The notes beneath the pieces are model-generated. The model did no database searches. It was not told the DNA's origin and saw only the letters and a list, made by a program, of their open reading frames with translations. The translations under genes were made by a program, and so were the position numbers. DNA of 63,545 bases, counting the filler, from Octopus bimaculoides (Eukaryota), in NCBI RefSeq assembly GCF_001194135.2. It is 5 parts of 5 records of this genome, joined end to end, with 100 filler letters (N's around TTAATTAATTAA, not from the genome) between each part and the next. Parts side by side here need not be neighbours in the genome. Positions count along the whole stretch, not along the records: positions 15,792 to 43,561 come from NC_068987.1; 4 more parts are not named here. One strand, written 5' to 3'. Below, piece by piece: positions 24,912 through 38,989 of this stretch (position 1 is its first letter; each line of letters begins with the position of its first letter).

Positions 24912-26828
24912 GTGTGCGTGTGCATGTGTGTATCTATGACACATCTATATAGGGAGAGAGATAACTAGATATGTAGATATGTATGTATGTACGTAGCTCA
25001 TCGATCAGTTATTAACATTCATTTTACGATTGATGCAAATCCCAAAAAACCTAAAAACTATGCAATACATTCAGTATTCCGGTATTTCGCTATTACATAG
25101 TAATTCACTCGGTTCTTCTCAGCATGAAACTATAATTTTGTTTTTGTACCTCCTTTAGAAATAGAAATTGCTATGTAATGTTGAATATAAAATACTGGTT
25201 TTGTTGGTATCATTAAAATTAGATTCAATCAAATGTATCTCCTTTTCCTATTAAATCTCACATCCACGAAGTGTTCAGCTAACGAAAGGAAGTAAAAGAA
25301 ATTGTCAAGGGTAGGATATTGTCAATACCAGAATAGTGAAGAGAAATGTGCTGCTTCTGTAAGAAGAGTGATAGTTCAGAATTACAGCTGTTTAACTGCA
25401 TGGCGTCAGCAACACAATTGTATCAAATTAGCCAGTGGACACAAAGCGCATCTATAACTGTTCAAGGGTCATTTATTGCCAATTTACTTTCTATTACAGT
25501 TCCAATTGACCAGCATTTCATAGTTAGGAACTACTATTTGCTGTTCTGTACAAAACTTTTCAATGGTCAAATTGGAATACGATTAGTTGCTGAGATTTTC
25601 TTTTTATCTTCCAGTCACTATTATGCATCGTCGATAAGTTATTTAAAAATAATGCATGATAATTAGTTTAAGATAATAATTTCTTCTCTGTATTAAAAAA
25701 GAATTTTTAGTAACGATACTGAAATAACAGAATGAAAGTAGCAAAGTCCATTCATAATATGCTTAAAAAGTTATACTCTTTGACGTTATTTCTGTTACGT
25801 GTGTGGCTAGGAGAGATGACATAATGACATACGTACATGACATGTTAGTCCTCATCACCAGAGCAATAAATTTAATATCATTTTTATAAACGTGTATATT
25901 CCTAATCATAATGGACGGGCTTAAGGTAACATAATTAGTTCAAATATAGTCACAAGAACTGAAATTTGGGTTTGAAGGAGCGAGTAGTAGATTACATGGA
26001 CGCCAGTCTTTGACTAGTACTTATTTTATCGACTTCGAAGAATGAAGGGCAAAATCGACCGCCGCAGGATTTGAACTCAGAGTGTTAAGTTCGAAGAAAT
26101 ACAGCTAAGCATTTCACCAGCTCGCCGCCTTGGAAATTTTAACCGTGTCATTTCCACACGTCTTTAACGATGTTAATAAATAAAACATTTAAACAAATTG
26201 CTTCAATAAAAGTACAAGAGGGAATCCAGAGATGCAAGCTACCGATTGATACAGAGACGGAAATATGAAGTTCAAGGGATACAATCGAATATGTTCATCA
26301 TGCTACAATTATTTACTTTAACTTATCACCCTTGCAGGGATCTGTGGTAAAACCTATCCCAACTCGATTTGAACAGCAGAATATGCACCTTAAGATTTGT
26401 AAACACAACAGAACATTTCTTCTGTTGCTTTACTCCTTCTGATAATCCACAACTGTGCAAAGGGGCCGAAAATTGTCATTGTCCTGCGGCCATGTTAGAG
26501 TGTTTCATTGAAGGATTTAACCGAATCGCTCCCAGTAAATTCTTTTACTTCTAATATTCATTCTCTCCTTCTGTATTCGTTGATCTTTTAGAAGACCTGG
26601 ACTTAAGAAACCAACATTGAATGTCAAGCGATGGCAGACAAGTACAAAATTACCTTTACACATATACATATATACTCACAAACACACACACGCATACTCA
26701 GACACGCACGCACACACACACACACACACACACATACACACACACACACACACAGACGTGCACATACGTATACATACATACGTATGTAAGTGCGTACATA
26801 GACACCAGAAGTTTGGGTCTCCGTATTG

Positions 26829-27062
26829 TTTCTTATTTCTTTATTGCCCACAAGGAGCTAAATATAGAGGGGACAAACAAGGACAAAGGGATTAAGTCGA
26901 TTACATCGACCCAAGTGCGTAACTGGTACTTAATTTATCGACCCCGAAAGGATGAAAGGCAAAGTCGACCTCGACGGAATTTGAACTCAGAACGCAATGG
27001 CATACGAAATACCGCTAAGCATTTCGCCCGGCGTGCTAACGTTTCTGCCAGCTCGCTGCCTT
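26829..27062 (-). mobile_element. SINE family B copy
   Basis: Reverse complement of GGCGGCGAGCTGGCAGAAACGTTAGCACGCCGGGCGAAATGCTTAGCGG...TTCTGAGTTCAAATTCCG...GGGTCGATAAATTAAGTACCAG. Many other copies lie in the window. Confidence 0.8.
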
Positions 27063-28219
27063 AGTACCGTTTCTGTTGACTGAATTAAATAGAAACTGCT
27101 CGGCCAGAGACTTTAGCAGAAGATACTTGACTAAAATACCACGCTCTGGTGCTAAACCCTAAATCACGTGGTCTTGAAGTGAATATCTTGAAACACAACA
27201 GACAAGTATGAGTTAGCTGGTGTTAAAAAAACATAAGCGGTCTTATAAAACTTAACTGTGCTGTCAGTTGCATCTAATGAACATTATAGAAAAATGCATG
27301 ATGTAGCAATTATTCATGATGCCTATAGATGTCAGAAAGCGTAATTAAATAGGATGAGTAGAAACGCAAAAGAATCTTAAATATAAACTCGATATTATCT
27401 TTCCATTATCTGCACACACACACACACACACATACACATACATTGCAGAATAAATTAAATACTATCAAATATTTTCAGAGCCTGTGAAATTTTGTGATCA
27501 CGTGAAAGTTATGGTTACATGGACATAATTAAATTTATTAACATATTTTATTGAATTATTGATAAATGCAGTAAAGAGCAGTAGTAATAGATCGGTTGAT
27601 GAAATGCCTTGCAGTGATTTATAACGTCCCTTTCATAGTGTATCTTCAAAATCCTGCGTAGCTCGACTTCGATGCAACCATGAAATAAATGCCTGTTAAA
27701 ATAATTACCGAGTGTTATACAAGCAACTTGAACCCATTCCAACTATATGTGTAGCATTCACTTTATATTATAAATCAATATTATATTATTGGAGAGTTGA
27801 ATTTGTGCACTATTCACACAACCCTATAGCCATTATATATTTTTAAGAGTAAATCTTTAGCAAATTAGGGAATCCTTTTAGAATGCCGTTATTGCTGTTG
27901 TAGTTATTATTGCTGACCTTGTCATACTTCTTGTTACTACACAGAAACCCTTATCATCAGTAAAGGCGAGATGACAGAATCGTTAATGTCGAGGAATTCT
28001 TTTCTGTCTTTTTATCGACTCTTTACATTCTGAGTTCAAAGTTGACTTTTCCTTTTGCAGTCGATAAAATAATGCCCCGCTCAACATTTCTGAAAGAATT
28101 CTTATTGTTGCTATTGTCGTGGTTACTGTCATTTGTTTTTTGCCAGGCGTCTTTTCTCCCAACTCCGTCACACATTTTCTTTTGGTAACATTTGGATATT
28201 TTCTTTTTGTTCTTTGTTG

Positions 28220-28267
<48 letters not shown>

Positions 28268-30316
28268 NNNNNNNNNNNNNNNNNNNNNNNNNNNNNNNNN
28301 NNNNNNNNNNNNNNNNNNNNNNNNNNTAAAAACATACATGATAAATAAAATTATATTAATGCTGGTACAGTAAATAAGTGTAGGTCAATCTTATCGTGAG
28401 AAGCAGAGTTCATATTTTACTTCATGTATTGGGAAAGGTTGAGCTGCTGAGTTCATACAGTGCACTTGAAACTTCTCTGTGCATGAATAATAAAAGAAGT
28501 TTTTAAAGTTTGAGTGGAGAAGCTCTCAAGAGAACTGGATTGTATGTTAACATTACTACGAAAATAAACGACATGGCTTACAAAGCAACTGATCTGTAAT
28601 GGTTTGAGATGTATTGATGCGGATCTGCTTAGATCTGAATCAATCTGATCATGAAGTTTTGGTAGGTGAAGGAGATTTTCATAGCCTACACATTGTAAAT
28701 TAATGTCTTTACGTGTATATACTCTTAGTTTTTTTCTTTTTTTCCTTTGTCTGTTGTATGTATGAGTAGGTATACAAATGTTGCATTTAAATGTTTCTTA
28801 TAATATTTACCTTTGATCTATATATGAAAATATCTAAAAAAAAAAAAAAAAAATATTAACAGCGTACAAATACAGTTTTCTTATATTCTCCATCGATCGT
28901 ACTTTCTCATTTATATATACTTTAGTTGCTTCATATTTCAAAAATTAAAAGTGGTGGGTTGACAGAGCTATTATCCCGTATTCCTATGTCTCCTTACGTT
29001 CTGAGTTAAATATTCCGAAATCAAATTTGCCTGTCATCTTTTCAGTGTCCATAAAATAGTTTACTAGGGTGCTTGTAGAGTTTATGTATTCAGCTAACGC
29101 CCTGCTCTCAAATTTCCTAACCTCTCGTTTCAATTGGAAACGCTATTTATCCATCGAAACCAGAGATGGACGGACGGAGGGGTTAGAACGAGAGGTAAAA
29201 GTCTTAGAATTTTTTTTTTTTCGTTATACTTTTAGTATAAGATCGAATCCAGCTGAGATTGGTTTTTCCCCTTCCTCCCCGTGCAGTCGATAAAGTGAAT
29301 TTCCTGCGAAACATTGGAGTCTACTTAAGCAACTGTCATCCACCTCACTAAAAAAAAATCTGCAACCTTCTGCCAATATTAGAAATAAATATCTCAAACA
29401 TTTACAAATGCATTCTTCCTTATATCTATTCTTTATCATGCACTAAAATCGCTTAACGTTTAAACAATTCTCTCCCATACCAACAAATATTCAATTCTAC
29501 ATATTTACTTAGTTTATTCAATTGCTAAGGCTTCGGCACGCACAAGAGATTATACAACCGCTGAAGCTTTCATAAGAGGGAGAATATAGCAATTATCTCT
29601 CGAAACTGCCGATGAGAAAATAATATTTCTTAACTTAATAATGTTTCTATTTTTTCACTGGTTATTCCATCTTAATTGAGCTTCTCTTTTTTTCTAAATG
29701 CTGAAGGCGTCCACCATATCCCCAGTATAATGATTAGAAAGTAGCAAAGGGAAGATAAAAGCAGCAACATTAATATGCTTTCGCCTACTTATATATATTA
29801 CTGATATATATTTCTTTTTATAGAAAGAGATTTAGTTGAACCAATTGAAGAATTTGGAGCTTCTATTTATTTTAGATTAACAGGAATTTTCTTGATTACT
29901 TTCGCGCGTTATTAACGAGGCATTGAATGCCGGAATATATTAAGCTGCTTCATAGAAGAAGAAATATTCAACTTTTTTAGTAGAAGACGAATCATCTTTG
30001 GAAGGATTCCTAAGTTTGATTTATGCAATTCTTATGTAATTTAGTAAAACCAAATTTAGAAATGAAATTATAAGACAGCCTCTAGATGTGTTATTAACAC
30101 TGGATAAATAATAATACAGAGGCACCATCCGTATTAAAAGCATTAGTTGAATTTTAATAAATTTAATGAATGATCGTTGAAAAAAACACTAGAAATAATT
30201 ATGCAGAAAGAAAAGCTTTCGCCGTTGATACCGCAAAGCAATTAAGTGAAACACAAACTGGAATCAGTTTCCAGTTTAAATCACACATTCACACAGACAC
30301 ATAATCAGATACAAAA

Positions 30317-30368
<52 letters not shown>

Positions 30369-30789
30369 CACAAATGCATATACGTATATACATCTCTTTT
30401 ACTTTCTCTCTCTCTCTCTCTCTNNNNNNNNNNNNNNNNNNNNNNNNNNNNNNNNNNNNNNNNNNNNNNNNNNNNNNNNNNNNNNNNNNNNNNNNNNNNN
30501 NNNNNNNNNNNNNNNNNNNNNNNNNNNNNNNNNNNNNNNNNNNNNNNNNNNNNNNNNNNNNNNNNNNNNNNNNNNNNNNNNNNNNNNNNNNNNNNNNNNN
30601 NNNNNNNNNNNNNNNNNNNNNNNNNNNNNNNNNTAAGTGAAATGTTAAAAGAAAATTTTCAACTCATTCATGTAAAAAAAAAAGTGCATGCACGTAATTC
30701 AAAAAACACGTTTTGTGTAGTTTATTTTGTAACCAAAAAACAGGTACAGATTATAAACAACGAAAGGCCGATCTTGATGATTCATTTGA

Positions 30790-31260
30790 CGGAGGTAGTA
30801 GAGAGCCGATCCGATGATAAATCTGACTTTGGATCTTGAAAGTTTGCATGGATCCTGGCTCAGTTTAATCTCTTGTGGCTCCAAATGATGTCATCTGTAG
30901 TGCAGCATTGTATTGCCTAATTTTGTTTTGAAAGTGCTTGGAATCTTGGTCCGTTGATGACAACAGTTTCTTCGGTGACTCTGGAGGTTGGGGGATTGCA
31001 GGGAGTTTAAACTTTCCACCACTGCAGCATAGTGCAGGTGTCTCTCCAGGAAACTTCCTTGCTTTACAATGTATGCACCCTGTTGTCATTGCACCAATAG
31101 AAACTCTAGTGTCATCTGCATAATGAACTGCTGGATCATAATTGAAAACTGCTTCATAGAAGTTGCTTCACTGATTTGTTGCAACTGCTCTTCGTTCCGC
31201 AGTGGAGATCCTATTCCTTGTCAGCCGTGCGTACCTCTGCTCATCCCCTCACGAAAGCCA
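30790..31260 (-). pseudogene. Helitron Rep-helicase N-terminal remnant
   Basis: Minus-strand translation VFNYDP...IGAMTTGCIHCKARKFPGETPALCCSGGKFKLP...SKHFQNKIRQYNAALQMTSFGA, then after a frameshift TFKIQSQIYHRIGSLLP. These are Helitron N-terminal zinc-finger and helitron_like_N motifs. Confidence 0.85.
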
Positions 31261-31989
31261 CCTGTATATTATAAGAACAACCAAGCAGTAAATGCTATTC
31301 CAGTCAGGAGTAAAAATAATTAAATTATTTTATTTTGTTTTATTTATTAATTCATAATAGAATATAAGGATAAAAATTACGTTAATGATTTTGATCAGGT
31401 AGTCAGCATGCTATAAAAATTTATAGGCAATTTATACATTAAATTAATAATAATGTACATATATATATAATTATACTAAGGGAGCAAGGGCGAAAAGAAC
31501 GACCTATCTCAAGCATGCTTGAAGTGCTGATACCTTCAAAAAACTACCACAAACTCCAGATAAATATACACATGGCTGAAAGCCGGCTAGTGAAAGAGTA
31601 TTAAAAAGACCTCACGTTAATTGTGAACTGGTTCCAAATTTTGTCATGAAGGGATTTAAAATTGACTGATCTTGGATCTATACGTGCAAACATTTGTATG
31701 TAGATGTGCGGACCTGCCTTGTACGGTATGTACAATTATTTGGATTTATATTTCCCGTGTATTGTGTTGACTAGCATGATCAAATGTATGTAGTTATCTC
31801 GAAAATTAAGATTGAAGTAGTTGATACCTTAGGACCAAGTAGCATGCTACAACTTCAGTATAATGCGTGGGCAAAATCCTTGACTGGAAAGAGAACCCAC
31901 CCATCCTACGCACGCCTGAAAATTTTCGCGCCGGTAGGCCACGTCAGTTACTTCTCAGTATACAAGCATTTGCCGGATTTTCGTTATCA

Positions 31990-32645
31990 TGCAAGACGAC
32001 TGAATGCATCGAGCAGAAATCATAAACCCATGTATCATCATTAATGAAGTCGGTCTTCATGAAGCCTGAGACTTAGTTGGCACAGTCCACCATGTCCTGA
32101 GCGATTTAGCAACTTGGCCGATACTTTTTCATGCACAAATCCTCCGTTAAAAGGAAATGCACTGATCCTTTGCTTATTCCCGTTTCGAGACCAATTTCCA
32201 GGATTGTTACAACACAGTCTTCCGTGACAATTTGCCAAACTTTCTCAATCGGCTCCGCGTTTCGGCTTGTGGATGGCCTGTGTAAACGCGCCCCGCTCTC
32301 CATTGATGCGCGGTTACGTTTGAAGCGGTTGTACCACTCCTTGGTCTAAGTTTTGCCCAAGGCCTGCTGAATCTTCTAGATGGTCTGAGCTTCAATATCA
32401 CCAAGTTTCTGGCAAAACTTGATGCAATATCTCAGCTCGATGCGTTCGGTCAACTTGCATGAAAGCAAAAATCTGATGAGCGCACATTACACGTCTGTAT
32501 TCGAGGCGTAACAGCCTACCGGAGCAAAACGTTTTCACGCATGCGCAGGAAATGTGACATCACTTGCCACTCAAAGGATTTTGCCTACGCGGCATTAGTT
32601 TCGGCTGGAAAAATAAAGTCGGATACTTTTTTAACAAAATTCATA
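31990..32645 (-). mobile_element. Mariner 5' half (one TIR and transposase up to the first catalytic D motif)
   Basis: TIR-like end AAAATAAAGTCGGATACTTTTTTAACAAAATTTCATA. Translation TERIELRYCIKFCQKLG...KEWYNRFK...DDTWVY. Confidence 0.8.
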
Positions 32646-34052
32646 TATCCATCCCTCGACTCAATAAGAGATTTGGGAAAATTGAGATGATTCATAAAAT
32701 CTGAACAAACAATTATAAAAGGCAACACTCTCTAGTATTGAAGCTCCTAAAACGACAGACACAAAATGTTACTTTCATTAAATGAGGAATCACAGAAATA
32801 CTTATCAGAAATAGGTCTTCCGCTCTCAAATTCCACCAAAGAACCGTGCATTGCAAACAGGTTGTATTAAACTAAAAACAAATTTAATAAATAAAAGTAA
32901 AGATTAAACACCTAATAATTACAGGAAGACAAATATGTTCCTGAAACACAATAACAATCTGTATGTGTGGGAGGTTTGCTGAAGCAATTTCTCAAGCACA
33001 CCACTTGCATACTTGCAGCAGACTTTGAAAGACGAAGATCGATACAAAAGCAGCAGTTTCAAGTACTGAATGGATTTCATTTACTCCAGTATTTGCATGG
33101 TACTCTATTTTATCGACCGCCGATGATGAGATGGAAGGTGCAGTTAGCCACGGTGGGATTTGAACCGGGGATGTAAATTGCTAGAACGAATACTTCAATA
33201 CATTTTTTCCAACGTTGTAACGATTCGGCCAGCTCGCCGCTTTAGGTGTTTGACCGCATGCAGCTTCTCTTCTATCAACATCAAGACAGATTGTCCATGA
33301 CCAAGTTAAAAGCGAATTGACATAGTTAATTTGAAAATAGATTGTATATTTGTGTTACAGAGATCTTGCACGTGTGCTTCTCTAAAAGATATACAATGTC
33401 ACCCGACAATTTCTTAGATATAGAACTGTAAGACGAAGTAGTGTATATGCGTAGTACTCCGTTCTAAGTTCTAATAAACACATATCACATAAGATAAGCC
33501 AGAACCAGAAAGTAAAATGATAGTTTAAATATTACTTTCCAGAAAAAAAAGAGATAGAAGTATTATCTCAGAAATATCTATTCTTTATCGGTAAATTTGG
33601 ATTTCAAAGCTGACTGCTTCGTTTAGCTAAGATAGATTCAAACTGAAATAAATCGATACTGTGACTAAATTAACTAATATAGGATATTGATATGCAGGTT
33701 AGAACTAGCCAACCATACAGGAGCTAACATGACCGATATCTGTAGTAAACGAACCATAATAAACTATGAATCGAAGAACTTAGATATACACATTGCAGTC
33801 GATATATATCAACTAATGAAATTTAATTCCAAATCATTCATCAAAATTGAATATTCTATGCAAATTTTCTCCTTTTCCTTTCATAACTACTAATTATATT
33901 TGATTTTTTTTTCCCCGAGTGTAGATTCAATGAAAGGTTTCTGAATTCCAGTGCAACCTAGAGGGGTTTCATTTTACCCTCGTATTGATTTATAAAATTT
34001 GATACTAAAAAACAGCACCTAAAATTAAAAAAACAAATCAAATTTATTTCTC

Positions 34053-34129
34053 CGAGGCAGTGAATCGAAGACTGGTTTTATATTGATTCGAAGACAACGT
34101 ATTGGAGATATGCTCCGTGCTCCTGAAAG
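34053..34129 (+). repeat. Left arm of a 77-bp inverted repeat (partner 35977-36053)
   Basis: 73 of 77 bases are identical to the reverse complement of 35977-36053 (counted by eye). Confidence 0.9.
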
Positions 34130-34453
34130 TATCAAATTCATTAAAATACGACTTGTAGTCCTTAAATTAGAAAGAAAGCCATTTGAGTGGATCAAATTGA
34201 ATAACATAATATATTATGAACTGTAGACTAGGTTTCTATATCAATTGATTTAATTTCTAGTTTTAGGTACATACATACAGCTATATATATCTGTGTGTGT
34301 ATGGGCGTATATCTTTATGTGTGTGTGTGTGTGTTCATATTTATATAGATAAATGTGTATATATGTATACACATTCACACACATACATGTATATGTGTGT
34401 TTGTATATGGGTGCATGCGTGTATGTATATGAAAATATGTCGAAACTAGGAGA

Positions 34454-34531
<78 letters not shown>

Positions 34532-35459
34532 TGTATATATGCATATATCTATGTATGTATGTGCATGTTATAATTTAAATGTACCCACTTACACATACAT
34601 ACTTATATACATGTATGTGCGTTAATTTAACGCATGTGTACATATACGTATATATACGACATGAACTTGAACAATAAAGGCATAATTTGTTTCAGATTTT
34701 GGCACAAGGACAGCAAATTTGACAAGCTGGATTAGTCGATTATATTGTCCTCATTTTTTAACTTCATCGACCTGAGAATGATAAAAAGCAAAAGTGACAT
34801 CGGAGAAATTTGAATTCAGCTCTAAATAGTCGGAAGGATTGCCGCTAAGCATTTTTACGATGTTGTAATCATTCTGTCATTCCTCTGCTGTAGCAAAATA
34901 AAATTACTATTACTAACATTTCCGATGTTGTAAGCATGATGTTATCAGTAGTAGGAACAAAACTGACAACCCGAGGCATTGTCAGTCACTTGACTCAAAA
35001 TTACCGACCAGCTGTGTGCCAGAATCTCAGGTGCAAAATGTATACAGACTGGTTGAATTTGTTCCTTCATGATCTTTCTAACAAGAATATCATTATAGCT
35101 GATCAAACAACTGGAAAGAATGAAGTTTAGGTATGTGTTGTACAATTATTGATCAACAAAAAAAATTCATGACAAAGGTTTGACGGCATAGGAAGAACAT
35201 CGCCACATTCTGTTTGGATTACAAGAAATCATTCAACTTTTCCATTCGTGGATGCTAGAGACCCTTCTACATGCTAAAGCTCCAGATAGCCTCATCCAGG
35301 CCATAAACAATCTGCCTTCGTACAGTGAAAAACAGGACGAGATTAATAAGGTCAATAACCTAAGCCCTGCTGAACTAGTCTCCATTTTAAATTCATTCAT
35401 TCATTCATTCATTCGAATGACGTGGCTCTAATAAGAACCTTGTACAATACACGCAAGGT

Positions 35460-35674
35460 TTAAGGCGGCGAGCTGGCGTAAACGTAAGCACGCCGGGCGA
35501 AATGCTTAGCAGTATTTCGTCTGTTTCAATATTCTGAGTTCAAATTCCGCCTAAATCATGTTTGCCTTTATTCCTTTCGGGGTCGATAAATGAAGTACTA
35601 GTTGCGTACTGGGGTTGATTCAATCGGTTGGCCCCTCCCCAAAAGTTTCAGTCCTTGTGCCTAGAGTAGAAAAG
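35460..35674 (+). mobile_element. SINE family B with apparent target-site duplication
   Basis: Flanks are AATACACGCAAGGT (35446-35459) and AATATACGCAAGGT (35675-35688). Confidence 0.85.
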
Positions 35675-35883
35675 AATATACGCAAGGTATATTCAATCCA
35701 AGAATGGACGGAAAAGAAAATGTGGTTGCTTTTCAAATAGCATAAAAAAGGAGAGAAAAATAGTTCACATATCAGACTATTATATTTCAGCGACCCCCAA
35801 GATGTGGTTCTTTGCTTCTCCAGTGTACCACGAGAGTGTAGATGAAACAATGAGTGGGAGTTTTTTTCGTATCTACTAAATTC

Positions 35884-35976
35884 CAACATCTCTACATTGC
35901 ATTCGTTGATTTGACGAAGGAGTTCGACACGGTGAGTAGGCATGGGTTGTTCCAAGTTCTTGGGAAGATTGGGTGT
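35884..35976 (+). pseudogene. Short RTE reverse-transcriptase fragment
   Basis: Translates QHLYIAFVDLTKEFDTVSRHGLFQVLGKIGC. The same motif occurs on the opposite strand in the LINE at about 37740-37830. Confidence 0.8.
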
Positions 35977-36053
35977 CTTTCATGTGCCCGGAGCATATCT
36001 CCAATACGTTGTCTTTGAATCAATATAAAACCAGTCTTCGATTCACTGCCTCG
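35977..36053 (-). repeat. Right arm of the 77-bp inverted repeat
   Basis: See 34053-34129. Confidence 0.9.
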
Positions 36054-36479
36054 CATATATAGAGTTTTTTTTTAATATCAAAGTTTTATGTGAAAATTTA
36101 AGTTTTATCATTTCATAAATTATTTAATTTAATCATTGTGCGTTTCATTATATATTTTTTTTACTCCAGTTCTTTGAACTTTTATCTTGTTTAAATTCCA
36201 CGTTTGTTTCACGAGCAGGCTGTTCTGTTGACTGAATCAACTGGGACACTTTTTGCCGTAACCGATGGAGAGCCAGACTTCTCAATTACATATTGCATAA
36301 TGCCTTTCACCCATCATCCTGTCCATTTGAATTTTCTTTGTTTCACTCTACACGCCTTTGTAAAACTCCAGTGTAACGCTTTTTTCTTTTTTTTTTTTTT
36401 TGTTTCTCTATCTCTTTGAGCTATTGTGTATAATAGAGAATAGATTTTTATTATTTTTATTATTCTTATTTTATTTTTT

Positions 36480-38465
36480 TGACTGGCATATGTTAGTCTC
36501 GAAAGACTATGGATCTGCGCCTTGGATTGGATTGGTGTTGCAGCATCGCTTGTGACTGACAAGGCCACCAATGCGTGTGTAATAGTCACGGCTGCAGCGT
36601 TCACAAATGCGGTTCGTTGGTTGGACACTTGTTGGTGGTTCGGTCTTCCTGTGTCTCCGTCTGTCCTCTGCTGTCTGACGTATGTGATCTCCTTCCCTTA
36701 CGGTGGTACTCAGCGTCTGTCTCCAGCAGGAACGGTCTTTTGCCATGTTCTCCCAGGTTTTAGGATTCATACTCATGGCCTTCATGTCACGTTTGCACAT
36801 ATCCTTGAAACGGAGATTTGGTCGTCTGCGAGCACATCTGCCGGAGACTAGCTCCCCATACAGTATATCTTTCGGTAACCTCCCATCAGGCATCCTGTGC
36901 ACGTGTCCAAACCAGCGGAAACAGCGTTGCCGAAGTAGTGTGAAAGTAGTTAATAGCTGGGAACGGGTATCTCGTTGTTGGTGATACGGTCTTTCCACTT
37001 CACCTCGAGAATACTCCGAAGGTTGCGCAGATGGAAGGCTTTCAGGCGGCGCTCTTGTCTGGCGTAAAAGCACCAGGTCTCACCGTAGTATAGCAAGGTG
37101 CTGACTATACAGACTTTATAGACTGTGAATTTGGTGGATCTCGTTAGCTAGCCGTTTAACCACACTTATTGTGCTAGGTTGGCGAAGGTCGAAGCTGCTA
37201 ACCAGATTCTCCTGCTCAGCTCCTGTCGAGTGTAAGGCCATCCGTAATTGTTGAGCCAAGGTACATAAACTCACGGACCACATCGAGTGAGCGGTTGTCG
37301 ATGATAATGATGGGGAAAACGAGGCGCCTTGGCCCATTACCTTGGTCTTCTGTTGGCTGATTGTTAAACTGAAGGTACAGCAAGCCTGGTTGAGATTGTC
37401 CATCATTGTTTGCAGTTGCAGTTCTGAATGAGCTACTAGAGCCACGTCGTCGGTAAACAGCATCTCCCGGACGTAAACCCTGCAGATTTTGGTCTTCACA
37501 TTGAGCCTTGACAGATTGAACAGTTTACCGTCCGACCTTGTGTGGAAGCAAACGCCGTCGTTTTGCGTACGAAATGTATACTTCAACATGACAGCGTAGT
37601 AGATCTTGAACAGGGTAGGAGTAAGCACGCATCCCTGTTTTACCTCACTTCGAACATCAAAGGTTTCTGAGGTATTTCTGTTGAAGTGGCCTTCATGTAC
37701 AAGTGGAAAGACTCAAGGATGCAGAGCAGTCGAGGAGGACACTTAATCTTCCCAAGAATTTGGAACAACCCATGCTTACTCACCGTGTCGAACGCCTTCG
37801 TCAAGTCAATGAATGCAATGTAGAGAGGTTGGTTCTTTTCCCTGCACGTCTCTTGTAACTGCCTAAGGGATAAAAATCACATACATTGTGGATCGTCCGA
37901 ACCTGAAACCACTTTGAGATTCTCACAACGACACTGAGCAGTGATATACCTATATAGCTGTCACAGTGACTCCTCCTTCCTTTCTTTTTATACAATTTTA
38001 CTGTCTTTCATATCACTGGGTATCTCCCCTTCCTCCCAGCAATGACACAGGATACGGTGGAGTTGGTGTAGGATGTTTTCTTGTGAATACTTGATAGCTT
38101 CAGCTGGCATCCCTTCTAGTCCAGGCACTTTTCCGGTTGGCAGCGAGTCAAGTGCTTTTTTTCTAATTCCTCTACGATTGGGAGTATATCCAGTTCGTCC
38201 GTGACCAGTAAACTTGCCAAGTTGTTCAGCGCTGTTTCCGAAATGGAGTTATCCTGGGAGTATAAATCGGAGTAATGCTCCACCCACCCGTCTCTCCATG
38301 TAATTCAGCTGGTCTGTGATGGTCTCTCTAGCTTTGGTTTTCACTGGCGCTATCTTGCATTGTGCCGGTCCTATTGTTCTTTTTATCCCGTCGTACATCC
38401 CACGTATGTCCCCCGTGTCAGCCGCTAATTGGATGCGACCACACAGTTTCAGCCAGTATTTGCTC
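36480..38465 (-). mobile_element. 5'-truncated RTE (BovB/Expander-like) LINE, about 2 kb, frameshifted
   Basis: YWLKLCGRIQLAADTGDIRGMYDGIK; YIAFIDLTKAFDTVS; TPTLFKIYY...DGKLFNLSRL...REMLFTDDVALVAHSE; RWFGHVHRMPDGRLPKDILYGEL; C-terminal CERC...H zinc-finger-like motif. Confidence 0.92.
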
Positions 38466-38706
38466 AGGCGGTGAGCTGACAAGAGTGTTAGGAAGCCTGG
38501 CAAAGTGCTTAACGCTATTTCACCCGTCGTCACGTTCTGTGTTCAAATTCCATCGAGGTCGACTTTGCCTTTCATTCTTTCGGGGTCGATAAATTAAGTA
38601 CCAGTGAAATACTGGGGTCAAAAAAGCTGCCCTTGTGGCAATATTTGAAACGATTATTATTATTATAATTATTATTGTTGTTGTTGTTGCTATTGTTGTT
38701 GTTATA

Positions 38707-38765
<59 letters not shown>

Positions 38766-38989
38766 GGCGTCGAGCTGGCAGAATTGTTAGCACTCTGCAT
38801 GAAATGCTTAGCGGTATTTCGCCCGTCCCTACATTCTGAGTTCAAATTCCGCCGGGGTGGAATTTGCCATTCATCATTTTGGGGTCGATAAATTAAGTAC
38901 CAGTGAAACTTTGGGTTCGATGTAATCGACTAGCTCCCTCCCCTAAAATTTCAGGCCTAGTGCCTATAGTATAAAGGATTATTATTATT
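38466..38989 (+). mobile_element. Two SINE family B copies separated by an (ATT)n tract
   Basis: Copies at about 38466-38625 (partial) and 38763-38989, with an ATT microsatellite at about 38655-38762. Confidence 0.8.

Noticed and set aside
25346-26554. Cys-containing ORFs at 25346-25666 and 26369-26554, and an acceptor-like site near 26340
   Set aside because: No recognisable domain, non-ATG starts, and no matching donor with an open frame.
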